Positions 24,625-35,094 of a DNA stretch of 64,000 nucleotides are shown one piece after another. The stretch lies in the IMG/VR virus record IMGVR_UViG_3300045972_000138, positions 1-64,000 of that record; one strand, given 5' to 3'. Positions within the stretch are counted from its first letter, which is position 1. Each line of letters opens with the position of its first letter. Below the pieces are notes generated by a model. It ran no database searches. It saw only the letters and a program-made list of their open reading frames with translations, and was not told the DNA's origin. A program made the position numbers and the translations under genes.

Positions 24625-24730
24625 TAAATACTATTAACAACTACCTTTAGGACCGTTGTGGCTACTGCCGAAATGCAGGCGTCTGGGGCAAACAATTCGC
24701 TACTGTTTGCCCCTTTATTATGGAAAGCAT

Positions 24731-24910
24731 ATGAGACTATTTGAACTATTTGAAGCTAAAGAAATTAAGAAGGTTGAGCAATCAAAACCTCGTAACTTTG
24801 TGGCCAAAAATTCAAAAATGGCAGGTAAAGCAGGCGCACACAATCCCAAGGAATATTCTCGTAAAGAGAAACATCCTAACAAAAATAAGCCCGATCCAAG
24901 CGGCATTTAA
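24731..24910 (+). CDS. Small basic protein with MRLFELFE N-terminus
   Basis: ATG 24731; PRNFVAKN..GKAGAH..KEKH. Confidence 0.7.
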   Translation: MRLFELFEAKEIKKVEQSKPRNFVAKNSKMAGKAGAHNPKEYSRKEKHPNKNKPDPSGI

Positions 24911-25009
24911 CACCCATTACATAAATATCCTCTGGTAACTGATCAGAATTAGTTGCTATTCTATATTGGCTCAGGCTAAAATAGTCTAAGATACCAAAAG
25001 GATAATAAA

Positions 25010-26176
25010 ATGGCAGAAAAGAAATTGTCGGCAGTGTATGTAAGTTGGCCAAAACCTGATTTCGAACTCACTGTAAAAACAAACAAACACTTTAGAAGAA
25101 ATTTCTACGGAGCAATGCAATATGCTCACTATGAGTTATCTGCCGTTGAATTAAAACGCGAAGTCCTAAAGTATCTTAAAGCTCTAGATGCACAGCATCC
25201 ATTTCTTGCGCGTATTAAAGATATGCACGAGAATAGATTTATTACGGTAGGTAAATATATGTATCTGTTGAATAGCGGATGCGATATTCCAGACGACTTC
25301 TTTACAAGTCTAATGCCTACGTTGGAGAAAGTAATAAATGAGGAAGAAGCCAGGATTGCGTCAATTGCCAAAACGTCGAACGAAGCACAGCAAGAGAAAG
25401 ATAAAAACGGTGGAAACACTAGTCAGCCTATTAAGACGGTTATCTCAATTCAAGATCGTCTCCGCGAGAAAGCACGTGAAGCGGCTGGTGAAGTGGAGGG
25501 GTGGATAGATGAGTTTATGTGCAACAAGAAGCAATCACCAAAGACAGTTGAAGATTTTATAAATCTGTTCAATACATTCGAATTGAAGTCAGCGCATATG
25601 CGTCATATGCAAGATATATTTGAAAGACGTGCAGAAGAAATTGCAGCAGCAGCAAGCGGCGAAGATAAGTCGTTAGCTGAAGGCTATAGTAATTTTTCTA
25701 GAATGGAATTAAAGAAGTTTGATATATTCCATCGTAATCTGCTAAAGGCCTGCAATATGACAATGGAAGTTGCTAGGGTAGAACGTGCTCCGCGTAAGAA
25801 GAAGCCAGTATCAGTTGATAAACTTATATCTAAATTAAAATATAAGAAAGAAGATAAGACGTTGGGCATTGTTAGTATGAGCCCATCTAACATATTGGGT
25901 TCTAAAGAAGTTTGGTTGTATAACACAAAAACTCGCAAGTTAGCGCAGTATAAAGCAGCAGACAATGGCGGGCTTAGTGTTAAAGGCGCAAGCTTATTGA
26001 ATTTTAGTGCAGATTCAGCAGAAAAAACGCTACGTAAACCCGCCGAGGCGTTAGCAGACTTTAAAAAGGCCACTAAGGTTAAACTTCGCACCTTTTTAAA
26101 GGATTTAAGCACAGTTGATATTCCGTGCAATGGTAAGCTAAACGAACACCATATTATTTTAAGGATTGATAAGTGA
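25010..26176 (+). CDS. Conserved T4-like-phage hypothetical protein
   Basis: 388 aa, SD AAGGA; C-terminal YNTKTRKL..Y.A..GLSVKGASL.NF..S..KTLRKP. Confidence 0.8.
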   Translation: MAEKKLSAVYVSWPKPDFELTVKTNKHFRRNFYGAMQYAHYELSAVELKREVLKYLKALDAQHPFLARIKDMHENRFITVGKYMYLLNSGCDIPDDFFTSLMPTLEKVINEEEARIASIAKTSNEAQQEKDKNGGNTSQPIKTVISIQDRLREKAREAAGEVEGWIDEFMCNKKQSPKTVEDFINLFNTFELKSAHMRHMQDIFERRAEEIAAAASGEDKSLAEGYSNFSRMELKKFDIFHRNLLKACNMTMEVARVERAPRKKKPVSVDKLISKLKYKKEDKTLGIVSMSPSNILGSKEVWLYNTKTRKLAQYKAADNGGLSVKGASLLNFSADSAEKTLRKPAEALADFKKATKVKLRTFLKDLSTVDIPCNGKLNEHHIILRIDK

Positions 26177-26631
26177 GATTATTCTTAGATACAGAATTTA
26201 CAAAGTTAGACCCTAGTGCAAAACTTATTAGCGTTGCATTAGTTGACGAAGATGAAAATTTCTTCTACGCCGAACTAACAGACACGTACACGCTGGCTGA
26301 TTGCAGCGATTTTGTAAAATCAGAAGTGTTACCGCTCTTGCGTGGCAACAAATATAGAATGACAGAATATGAATGCAAATTAGCAATGTGCAAATGGATA
26401 GAAGAAAGAAATGTTGCTTGCGTAATCTGTACTGACGCACCAAGTTGGGATTTACCTTTATTCCTGCCACTGCTTCAGCCGTGTATTCCAGAGAACATTA
26501 ATATAACAGAACATGTTTTAGTACGTGTACCATCTAATATAGAACAAGACCTTATTCTCAAATTTAATTACGATCCACACAATGCGCTAGATGACGCATT
26601 AGTGATGAAGAAGGCAATACTCGGATATTGA
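26173..26631 (+). CDS. DEDDh 3'-5' exo(ribo)nuclease
   Basis: LFLDTEFT, WDLPLF, HNALDDA. Confidence 0.85.
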   Translation: MRLFLDTEFTKLDPSAKLISVALVDEDENFFYAELTDTYTLADCSDFVKSEVLPLLRGNKYRMTEYECKLAMCKWIEERNVACVICTDAPSWDLPLFLPLLQPCIPENINITEHVLVRVPSNIEQDLILKFNYDPHNALDDALVMKKAILGY

Positions 26632-26663
26632 TAAATAACATATCACTGGAGAGTTGATACGTT

Positions 26664-27416
26664 ATGTCCGCACAGATTACACCGAAAGTATTATTGAAAA
26701 AGCAAATCGAGCTTCTGCTTGGTTCGCAAATGGTCGATGTTGAATTAGATTCTGAGCACATTAATCTTGCAATTGGATTGGGGCTATTGAAGTTGCGTCA
26801 GCAATCAGATGGTTCGCTATTAGAGAAAGACATTTTTTTACACTTAACAAGAGACATAACAGAATATACCCTCCCTGAGGAAGTGCAAGAAGTGCGTAGG
26901 CTATACCGCCGTGGGGTTGGTGCATACACTAATGGCGGGGTAAATTTCGATCCGGTCGATGCTGCATTTTATAATATCTATTTGTTACAACCAAATAGAT
27001 CTGGTGGACTAGCAACCTGGGATATGTATAATGGATATCTTGAGACAGTTGAGCGTGTTTTTGCCAGCCAACTTAATTTTACGTGGGACGTAAATCAGCA
27101 CAAACTAACAATCATCCGTCGTCCGACAGCTGACGAAGAAGTAGGTGTTAGAGTTTACGTTAGGAAATCAGAAGACGATATGATAAATGATCCATATACA
27201 GGTCCCTGGTTGATAGCATATTCTACTGCCAAGGCAAAATATATGCTTGGCGAAGCAAGAGATAAATTTCCAGGAGGTTTCCCTGGACCGAGTGGTACTG
27301 TTACACTAAACGGTGCAACATTGAAGCAAGAAGCACAAATTGAGATAGATAAGTTAGAGAAAGAGTTGTTGAATATGATAACAAGTGGTGACGGATATAG
27401 CTTCATTATTGGCTAA
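26664..27416 (+). CDS. gp13: Neck protein (T4 gp13-like)
   Basis: LLLGSQMVDVELD..., AKAKYMLGEARDKF..GPSG..TLNG..LK.EA; late box at 26630. Confidence 0.85.
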   Translation: MSAQITPKVLLKKQIELLLGSQMVDVELDSEHINLAIGLGLLKLRQQSDGSLLEKDIFLHLTRDITEYTLPEEVQEVRRLYRRGVGAYTNGGVNFDPVDAAFYNIYLLQPNRSGGLATWDMYNGYLETVERVFASQLNFTWDVNQHKLTIIRRPTADEEVGVRVYVRKSEDDMINDPYTGPWLIAYSTAKAKYMLGEARDKFPGGFPGPSGTVTLNGATLKQEAQIEIDKLEKELLNMITSGDGYSFIIG

Positions 27417-27486
27417 GTTGCGTAACAAAATCTTAAGCCCTTAGTACAGTTTTTGTATAACTACACAGACTGACTAAGGGGTTTTT

Positions 27487-28140
27487 ATGATTATTGGCAT
27501 TAGCGGATTCATCGGTAGCGGCAAAGGCACCGTAGCAACAACATTAACAGAACAATACGGATTTAAGAAAGATAGTTTCGCTGCCAGTTTAAAAGATGCG
27601 TGTGCTTCTATTTTCGATTGGCCACGTGATATGCTAGAAGGCGAAACAAAGGAATCAAGAGAATGGCGAGAACAGGTAGATGTATGGTGGTCTGAAAAGT
27701 TAAGTATGCCTAACCTTACACCACGCCTTGCATTACAATTAATGGGCACAGATGTAATGCGTAATCACTTCAACGAAAGCATTTGGTTCTTAACAATGGA
27801 AAACCGTATCCGTAAGAACCCGCATCAAAATGTTGTTATAAGTGATGTAAGATTCCCGAACGAAATTAAATTTATACAAGATATTGGTGGTACAATGGTT
27901 CGTGTAAATCGCGGAGCAACACCAGTATGGTATGAAACAGCCATTCTTGCCAACAAAGGAAATTCGTTAGCTAAGAGCGCAATGGGATCGATGTATTCGG
28001 ATGCACACTTTAGTGAATGGGCATGGGTGGGCGTCGACTTCAACTACGAGATAAATAACGATAGTACATTTGAGAATATTAATTCTCAAATTAAAGGTAT
28101 TATCGATGACATTTCCAGACAGCACAAAGAAAGCACCTAA
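27487..28140 (+). CDS. gp1: Deoxynucleoside monophosphate kinase
   Basis: IIGISGFIGSGKGT, SFAASLKD, TPRLALQLMGT, VISDVRFPNE. Confidence 0.93.
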   Translation: MIIGISGFIGSGKGTVATTLTEQYGFKKDSFAASLKDACASIFDWPRDMLEGETKESREWREQVDVWWSEKLSMPNLTPRLALQLMGTDVMRNHFNESIWFLTMENRIRKNPHQNVVISDVRFPNEIKFIQDIGGTMVRVNRGATPVWYETAILANKGNSLAKSAMGSMYSDAHFSEWAWVGVDFNYEINNDSTFENINSQIKGIIDDISRQHKEST

Positions 28141-28657
28141 CGTATTTTTTGACACAATCGATGGTACAGGTGGGCCTGCGGGTACCGGTTCTGTTCTATC
28201 TAATGGCATTAAGGTTATTAATTCGCTGCCTCATCCTGTAATGAATGGCGAATATGTAACAAGTACAATATATCCATTCTTAACCGTTGACAATGCTCAA
28301 GTAAGTGCAATAACAGTAACAAACGGATACGAATTAAGTGCTATAACCGATAGTGCAGTAGTTGGTCAAATTGGTATAACAACAGGATCACTAGTTGATA
28401 CGTTAGTGTTTGTTGTCTACAATAATGCTGCTATGGAAAATCTAGCAGTAAGTCCAATTAATATAACAGGTGGATCACTAGTTGATACGTTAGTGTTTGT
28501 TGTCTACAATAATGCTGCTATGGAAAATCTAGCAGTAAGTCCAATTAATATAACAGGTGGATCACTAGTTGAGTCGCTTATATACATAGTTTATAATACT
28601 GCTATGGAAAACCTAGCAGTAAGTCCAATTACAATAGTTAACGGGAGTTTAGTATGA
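28106..28657 (+). CDS. Tail module protein A (29-aa repeats)
   Basis: ATG 28106 by homology to the 29656 paralog; late box 28050 inside the kinase gene. Confidence 0.75.
   Translation: MTFPDSTKKAPNVFFDTIDGTGGPAGTGSVLSNGIKVINSLPHPVMNGEYVTSTIYPFLTVDNAQVSAITVTNGYELSAITDSAVVGQIGITTGSLVDTLVFVVYNNAAMENLAVSPINITGGSLVDTLVFVVYNNAAMENLAVSPINITGGSLVESLIYIVYNTAMENLAVSPITIVNGSLV
28385..28640 (+). repeat. 87-bp tandem repeat, about 3 copies
   Basis: Copies start at 28385, 28472 (identical) and 28559 (diverged). Confidence 0.92.
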
Positions 28658-29598
28658 TTAGTCTTGAATCAAAGATAGCGGGTGAATACAATATTGTTAT
28701 AAAGAAGCCTGATGGCACAACAAAAGAGACCGGATGGTTCCATAATCTTATTCTAAATAGTGGCTTAGACAGAATGGCGATTGACGACCCCTTTAATCCT
28801 ATCATAGATTGTGTTAGGGTAGGCACAGGTAATAGCACCCCGATTCCAACACAAACACAACTAGATGCAGAGATTGCACATATTAGCGGTGGACCAAATT
28901 TTCACGCACAATCTGTTGTGAATGCTGATACACCGACATATGCTACTACCTGGCAATACGGATGGGCTTTCGCCCAAGGTGCAGTAATTGGCAATATTCA
29001 AGAAGTAGGAATCGGCGGTGACACCGGTCCATTGTTTAGTCGTTCTCTAATCTTAGATCCTTCAGGAAATCCTACCACAATTACACTCATAGCGATAGAC
29101 CAGTTAATTGTTTATTATAGACTTACTATGTCACCACCGGTTACTGACGGTGCCGGTACAGTAACATTAGGGTCAACTAATTATCCATTTCAGACACGAA
29201 TATTCCATTCAACAAATATGTATATGGATACATACTTCTTTGCAAATAGCAATGGATTCGCAACGCCAGGTATCACTGCTACTTTTGCACCACCTGCTGC
29301 ATTAGTGCCATTAGGTACATATGCATATATGGGCCCTAACACGGTACCAAGTCCCGGATACTGGGATATTCAAGGTGCAGGTGGCCGCGTACCTTATATC
29401 CCCGGTACATATTATCAAGACTGGACATTCCCGTATGGTCCTACATTTGGAAATGATCCAAATGGCGTAGGCATACAGGGAATTATATTTGGTGGTGGTC
29501 AGTATAATCTATACCAGGTATTATTTCCGACACCCATTCCTAAAACAAATACTCGAACATTATCGTTAACATTTAGATTTTCGTGGAATAGAGCCTGA
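28654..29598 (+). CDS. Tail fibre/tail-tip protein B
   Basis: WFHNLILNSGLDR..GTGNSTP.PTQTQL, FAQGAV.GNI.EVG, LFSR.LI.D, IPKTNT..L.L.F..SW.R. Confidence 0.7.
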   Translation: MISLESKIAGEYNIVIKKPDGTTKETGWFHNLILNSGLDRMAIDDPFNPIIDCVRVGTGNSTPIPTQTQLDAEIAHISGGPNFHAQSVVNADTPTYATTWQYGWAFAQGAVIGNIQEVGIGGDTGPLFSRSLILDPSGNPTTITLIAIDQLIVYYRLTMSPPVTDGAGTVTLGSTNYPFQTRIFHSTNMYMDTYFFANSNGFATPGITATFAPPAALVPLGTYAYMGPNTVPSPGYWDIQGAGGRVPYIPGTYYQDWTFPYGPTFGNDPNGVGIQGIIFGGGQYNLYQVLFPTPIPKTNTRTLSLTFRFSWNRA

Positions 29599-29655
29599 TA
29601 TTGGGTTAAGTCATTATGTGATAAATAATGGCATAATACTTGGATATAATTAACA

Positions 29656-30198
29656 ATGACATGGCCCGATAGCAGAAAAAAAGCGCCGAATGTATTTTTT
29701 GATATAGATGACAGAACCGGTGCACCATCGGGATCCGGTTCTGTACCGTCATCCGGCGTTAAAATTATTAATTCGCCACCACATCCTGTAATGCATAACG
29801 AATATGTTACTAGCACTCTGTATCCTTTTCTAGTCGAGGATAGTTTACAGTTAGGATTAATTAACCCAACAGCAGGTGTATTATGGGATAATCCACACGA
29901 TAATGTATTGTTAGGTAACTTATCTATACCGAGTGGATCGCTCATAGAAACTATTGTGTACAAATCATACACAGGACAAAATGACGAGATGTCGTTAGGT
30001 AACTTATCTATAACAGCCGGTGCACTTATAGAAACTATTGTGTACAAGTCGTACACTGGGCAAGATGACAATGTGTCATTAGGTAACTTATCTATAACAG
30101 GCGGAACACTTATAGAAACTATTGTGTACATATCGCACACCGCTAACGACATCATGTCGTTAGGTAACTTACAAATTACTGGAGGAACTCTTATATGA
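29656..30198 (+). CDS. Tail module protein A' (paralog of 28106; 28-aa repeats)
   Basis: N-terminal ~60 aa homologous to A; LGNLSI repeats at 29911, 29995, 30079, 30160. Confidence 0.8.
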   Translation: MTWPDSRKKAPNVFFDIDDRTGAPSGSGSVPSSGVKIINSPPHPVMHNEYVTSTLYPFLVEDSLQLGLINPTAGVLWDNPHDNVLLGNLSIPSGSLIETIVYKSYTGQNDEMSLGNLSITAGALIETIVYKSYTGQDDNVSLGNLSITGGTLIETIVYISHTANDIMSLGNLQITGGTLI

Positions 30199-31121
30199 GT
30201 TTAGGATTTAAAACAACATTAGAGGGCGAATATTGCTTAACAATAACTAAGCCCGACGGAACGCAGGTAACAACAGGGTGGTTTAAGAACTTAATTTTAA
30301 ACCAAGGCCTCGATAGATTAGGGACAACTATCTACGATAACCTCGGCGTAGTTAGATGTTGTAGATTGGGAACAGGAACAAGTACCCCGACTCCTGCGCA
30401 AACACAACTCGATAGCCAGCTTGCAAGCGTGATAGGTAGCAAAGACGGGCAATCTGCAGTAGGGCAAGGCTCTCCCGACTATTCAACTATAGTGACATGG
30501 GGATATGGATTTCCGCAGGGGTCTGTAGTTGGAAATATTACAGAAGTAGGTACCGGCTGGAACGAAACAGGTGATACATTGTTTAGTAGGGCGCTGATTA
30601 CAGACAGCGGTGGTGCACCAATAGCAATTACCGTCACCGCAATCGACCAGCTTAGTGTATATTACCGAATAAGATTTTATCCAAGTCTTACAGATTCAAC
30701 TGGATCCGTAACACTCGGAAGTACACTATATAATTATACTGCAAGAGTTGCTAATGTAGATAGTCCGTTACCTGCATATATCCTCGAAACAGCTGGTGAT
30801 GGATTTAGTTTACTAGCCCTCGACGGAGAGTCATTTGGAACAGGCGCAACATTGGGGCCTATAACCGGTACTATGACTGGTAGCAATCGTACGTATGGTC
30901 AAGATTTCATTAAATCGCCGGGACCATATGCACCCGGGACCTATTATAGGGATACCACGCTAACTTGGCCAGTTGGTGCTGGCATCGTGTCCGGTGGAAT
31001 TTATGGTATTACTCTTCATATTTCATACGGAAATCAATTTCAGATTCTGTTTGATGCCTCAATCCCTAAAACAAACACAAATCAGCTAACACTTACATTT
31101 AGATATTCGTGGAGTAGATAA
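30195..31121 (+). CDS. Tail fibre/tail-tip protein B' (paralog of 28654)
   Basis: Shared N- and C-terminal motifs, divergent middle. Confidence 0.7.
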   Translation: MSLGFKTTLEGEYCLTITKPDGTQVTTGWFKNLILNQGLDRLGTTIYDNLGVVRCCRLGTGTSTPTPAQTQLDSQLASVIGSKDGQSAVGQGSPDYSTIVTWGYGFPQGSVVGNITEVGTGWNETGDTLFSRALITDSGGAPIAITVTAIDQLSVYYRIRFYPSLTDSTGSVTLGSTLYNYTARVANVDSPLPAYILETAGDGFSLLALDGESFGTGATLGPITGTMTGSNRTYGQDFIKSPGPYAPGTYYRDTTLTWPVGAGIVSGGIYGITLHISYGNQFQILFDASIPKTNTNQLTLTFRYSWSR

Positions 31122-31687
31122 TGATTCCTGGTAATACATTTACACCTACACCTATTGTAGGAACTTTTTTGTATCTTCAATCTCTGCCGTATAATCCTTT
31201 ATCTCAAACAGTAATGGGAGGAGTAGCATTACAAGATGGATCTCAGGGTAGATTAGTTAAACCGTGGACAGTGTTTTATTTAAACGGGCTGATACAGGTA
31301 CGGCCAGAAAATAACGCAGTAGTGTTTACTCTTCCTGCAACTGATGTTCAGACTGTTTCTCTTGCATTTGATGCAAATATGTCTCTTGTTATTGCTTGGC
31401 AAACATCTACTGACGCAAATATTTATTATTATGATACAATAACTGCATCATACATTACTCGCAATTTTCCCGGAGTCATAAGTTGTAGAGTATGTGTTGA
31501 TGATCCACTTGAGTTTTATACAGCACAATCTGATGTTATATTCGGGTATACATTAAGCGGGAATCTTAATTACAGACAACAGCGTGACAGGTACGATATA
31601 GAATATTTAATCAAGCCTACTTCGAAATATTTAATAAAAATGGGCCCATCGTCGGTTAATCGACTACAATTCGAATTATTTGGATAG
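31121..31687 (+). CDS. Putative tail-associated protein
   Basis: Follows module B'; GGVALQDGSQG..VKPW, LAFDANM, DD...AQSDVI..Y. Confidence 0.6.
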   Translation: MIPGNTFTPTPIVGTFLYLQSLPYNPLSQTVMGGVALQDGSQGRLVKPWTVFYLNGLIQVRPENNAVVFTLPATDVQTVSLAFDANMSLVIAWQTSTDANIYYYDTITASYITRNFPGVISCRVCVDDPLEFYTAQSDVIFGYTLSGNLNYRQQRDRYDIEYLIKPTSKYLIKMGPSSVNRLQFELFG

Positions 31688-31726
31688 ATGTAGCTGCTTG
31701 TTTGCAGCACCTTTAAAGCTATTGTT

Positions 31727-31734
31727 GATAAATA
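31727..31734 (+). promoter_or_regulatory. T4-like late promoter box GATAAATA (representative site)
   Basis: Same octamer at 1256, 6681, 13478, 13780, 16120, 17492, 17596, 24623, 26630, 28050, 29620, 34420, 37796, 40872, 42776, 50859, 54302, 55880, 56591, 57192, 59010 and on the - strand at 20101; mostly just upstream of genes; T4 consensus is TATAAATA. Confidence 0.85.
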
Positions 31735-31773
31735 CTACTAACAGAAGCAAACCTTCATAGGAGTTAAACAACG

Positions 31774-34353
31774 ATGGCAACATTAGTATCACCGGGCGTA
31801 AGTATTTCAGTTATTGATCAATCGATTAATTCTGGAGCAGGCCCAGGCACAGTACCTTTAATCTTTATTGCTACACAGCAAGATAAAATCGATCCAACAA
31901 GTGGAACAGCAATTGCACCAGGCACAACAGCAGCGAATGCTGGCAAGGTATGGTCAATCACGTCACAGCGCGAACTAATTTCTACATTTGGTGACCCAAC
32001 ATTCTATAGCGTAAGTGGTACATCACTTAATGGTTATCCATTAAACGAATACGGTCTTTTAGCAGCTTACTCCTATTTAGGTATTTCTAATTTGGCTAGA
32101 GTTGTTAGAGCAGATGTAAATACAGCACAATTAGAAGCAACACCTATTGCACCAACTAGTCCAGCAAATGTCGGAGTCTATTGGTTAGATGAATCCGCAG
32201 CAGGTTCTGTGTGGGGATTGTTTACACGTTCTGGCTCTTATCCAGATGAAGTGTGGGTAAATGTAAAGCCTGCATACGTTATTAATTACTTAACAGGTAC
32301 TGGTAATTCGCCAGATAACGGATTAGGAACATCCGGTGATATCGCAATTATCTGGGAAACAGAGTCGGCACAATTGTCGTACTGGTGGAATTCGGGCGAA
32401 GGTTGGACACAATTAGGTACAAATGGTGATCAAACAAGCATGGTAATCAGTTCTGTATGGCCAGACCTTACAGTTAATGCTACCAGACCAATGTGGTGGC
32501 TTAAAACTACTCCACCTGCACAGGGCTCTGATCTTGTATTGCGTAAAATGGATGCTACGACAAGTTCCTTTATTAGAGTTGAATCTCCTATATTATCCGA
32601 TGATGGCGCAGCAGATGTGTTCTACAGCACACGCTCGTTGGGTTCTACAGGTCAAGTGTATGTTGAACCTGTAATATCCGGTTACGGTGTAAGTAGTCCT
32701 AACATTTTAGAGTTTAGATATTCTAATGCAAATTCGGGATCGTGGAGCCCGTTGACAGTAATTATTGGTTCTGCTACAGCACCAACAAACGGCCCGCTAA
32801 ATGGTCAACTATGGTTTAATTCTTTAGTTGGATTAAATAGCGATGGTGCGTCCACAGTTGATATTCTTGTCAACGACGGACAAGACCACTGGGAAAATTG
32901 CCAATTACCTGGTTTCAGTAACCCAGGTGCTGGTTCTAATCCAACAGTGTATCCACAGTCACAAGACCCACAGAGCAATATTCCTGCTCCAAATTTAAAT
33001 CAAGGCGACGTTTGGATTCAAACTGACGCTGCACCATATCCGGTAATATTCCGTTGGGACGGAAATAACGGTGTATGGGTATTAGTGGATAATACAAATC
33101 AAACATCACCATCGGGTATTATATTCCAGGATGCACGTCCTAACCCAGATTATACACTTGGTGGTTCTGTTGGTACAGGCGATAACAATGGCGGCGGCAA
33201 TTATCCAGACTTAGATCCAGATGCTCCACAGGCAGCGTTATACCCTAAAGGATTCCTATTATGGAATACTCGTTACTCTACAAATGATGTTAAGTCTTGG
33301 CATGCTCCGTATGTGTTTGATGGTATAACAGCACAACCTGATAATACAAACAACGGATCAACAGGTCGTTGGGTAAACACTTCGGGTAATACACCAGAAG
33401 GCGTACCTTTTATGGGTGCAGCAGCACAACGTCAAATTATTGTTAAAGCAATTCAGGCTACTATTGTTTCTAACGAAGATATCCGCGCAGAAGATTTGTA
33501 CTATAACTTAATTGCTGCACCAGGTTTTGTCGAAGCTATCGATGAAATGCTTGCACTAAATGATGATCGTAAAGATACAGCGTTCATTGTCGGTGATACA
33601 CCGTTTACGCTAACATCCACTGGCACAGCATTGCAAAATTGGGCAACCAACACTGCAAATACATATGGTAACAATTCAGTAGGATTAATTTCTTCTAGCA
33701 AGTACTTTGGTGTTTACTACCCAAGCGGCTTAGGCACAAATACAGATGGTACAGATGTTGTTGTTCCTCCGTCGCATATGGCACTTCGTACTATTGCATA
33801 TAGTGATCAAGTTTCGTATCCTTGGTTTGCACCAGCTGGTTTACAGCGTGGCGTAGTTAACAATGCAGCATCTGTTGGATATGTTAACAGCGCAGGCCAA
33901 TATGTTCCTGTTAAGTTAAACGAAGGTCAACGCGATATTCTTTATGTTAACGGTATTAATCCAATCCGTACAATGCCTACAGGCGGTATTGTTGTATTTG
34001 GTCAAAAGACACGCCAGAACTATTCTAGCGCAACAGACCGTATCAATGTAGTTCGTTTAGAAAACTATCTACGTTATCAGTTGAACCAATTGGCATTACC
34101 ATTCTTGTTTGAGCCAAATGATACAACAACAAGAAATGCTGTATTGAATGCATTTAACCGCTTCTTAGCCGAACTTATTACATTGCGTGCATTGTATGAC
34201 TTCTTGGTTGTTTGCGACTTGAGCAACAATACACCAGCTCGTATTGATAGAAATGAATTATGGATCGATATTGCTATTCAGCCAGTTAAGGCAATCGAAT
34301 ACATTTACATTCCGATTCGTATACAAAACACTGGTACTTCATTATCAGCATAA
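31774..34353 (+). CDS. gp18: Tail sheath protein
   Basis: MATLVSPGVSISVID; C-terminal YPWFAPAG..RG, NGINPI..G..VFGQKT, DRINVVRL, FLFEPND..TR, IQPVKAIEYIYIP. Confidence 0.96.
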   Translation: MATLVSPGVSISVIDQSINSGAGPGTVPLIFIATQQDKIDPTSGTAIAPGTTAANAGKVWSITSQRELISTFGDPTFYSVSGTSLNGYPLNEYGLLAAYSYLGISNLARVVRADVNTAQLEATPIAPTSPANVGVYWLDESAAGSVWGLFTRSGSYPDEVWVNVKPAYVINYLTGTGNSPDNGLGTSGDIAIIWETESAQLSYWWNSGEGWTQLGTNGDQTSMVISSVWPDLTVNATRPMWWLKTTPPAQGSDLVLRKMDATTSSFIRVESPILSDDGAADVFYSTRSLGSTGQVYVEPVISGYGVSSPNILEFRYSNANSGSWSPLTVIIGSATAPTNGPLNGQLWFNSLVGLNSDGASTVDILVNDGQDHWENCQLPGFSNPGAGSNPTVYPQSQDPQSNIPAPNLNQGDVWIQTDAAPYPVIFRWDGNNGVWVLVDNTNQTSPSGIIFQDARPNPDYTLGGSVGTGDNNGGGNYPDLDPDAPQAALYPKGFLLWNTRYSTNDVKSWHAPYVFDGITAQPDNTNNGSTGRWVNTSGNTPEGVPFMGAAAQRQIIVKAIQATIVSNEDIRAEDLYYNLIAAPGFVEAIDEMLALNDDRKDTAFIVGDTPFTLTSTGTALQNWATNTANTYGNNSVGLISSSKYFGVYYPSGLGTNTDGTDVVVPPSHMALRTIAYSDQVSYPWFAPAGLQRGVVNNAASVGYVNSAGQYVPVKLNEGQRDILYVNGINPIRTMPTGGIVVFGQKTRQNYSSATDRINVVRLENYLRYQLNQLALPFLFEPNDTTTRNAVLNAFNRFLAELITLRALYDFLVVCDLSNNTPARIDRNELWIDIAIQPVKAIEYIYIPIRIQNTGTSLSA

Positions 34354-34356
34354 TAT

Positions 34357-34382
34357 AAAAAGCTACCTTAGGGTAGCTTTTT
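34357..34382 (+). terminator. Intrinsic terminator
   Basis: AAAAAGCTACC-TTAG-GGTAGCTTTTT. Confidence 0.88.
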
Positions 34383-34458
34383 AATTTGTCTCCACTGATA
34401 AAAAAATTTCAACGATTTTGATAAATAGTATTAGCAGCTAATATAGCAGGAGAAACAG

Positions 34459-35073
34459 ATGGCAAATTTATCAAAATTCGGTATTCCATTAGACGGAAAC
34501 AAGCTTGGTATTCTACACCCGAAGCAAAAATACCGTTTTAGAGTGGTATGGCAAAACTTTGGCGAGAATAATGGTTTACGTGAAATGACACAGAACGTAA
34601 TGACTTGCACACGTCCAAAGATTACATACGAAGAAGTTAAATTAGATTCATACAATTCCGTTGCGTGGATTGCCGGCAAACACTCGTTTGAAACAATCGA
34701 AATTAAATTACGTGACGATATTACTAATGCTGTCATTTCGTCAGTAGGTGCACAAGTTCAGAAACAAATGAATCACTTTGAACAGACAAGTGCTGTAGCA
34801 GGTATTAACTACAAATTCTCAATGGAAATCCACTCGTTAGATGGTACAGATAATGAGCAATTAGAGTCGTGGGTTTTAGATGGATGCTGGATTACAAATG
34901 CAGCATACGACGAAGGTGATTATTCGAGTGGCGAACAGCAAACAGTAACTTTGACGGTACGTTATGATAACGCTACAAATGTTTCTGGTCCAAATACAAA
35001 CGATGGCACAACTGTTGGTGGAAACCCATATCCAAATATTGCATCGCCAACTGGTGGTACAACATTCGCTTAA
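34459..35073 (+). CDS. gp19: Tail tube protein
   Basis: After sheath; PKQKYRFRV, RPKITYEE, AGKHSFE.I.I.LRDD, W.L.GCWI....Y, YDNA. Confidence 0.88.
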   Translation: MANLSKFGIPLDGNKLGILHPKQKYRFRVVWQNFGENNGLREMTQNVMTCTRPKITYEEVKLDSYNSVAWIAGKHSFETIEIKLRDDITNAVISSVGAQVQKQMNHFEQTSAVAGINYKFSMEIHSLDGTDNEQLESWVLDGCWITNAAYDEGDYSSGEQQTVTLTVRYDNATNVSGPNTNDGTTVGGNPYPNIASPTGGTTFA

Positions 35074-35094
35074 TAGCGGTTTTGGAGGCTATTA

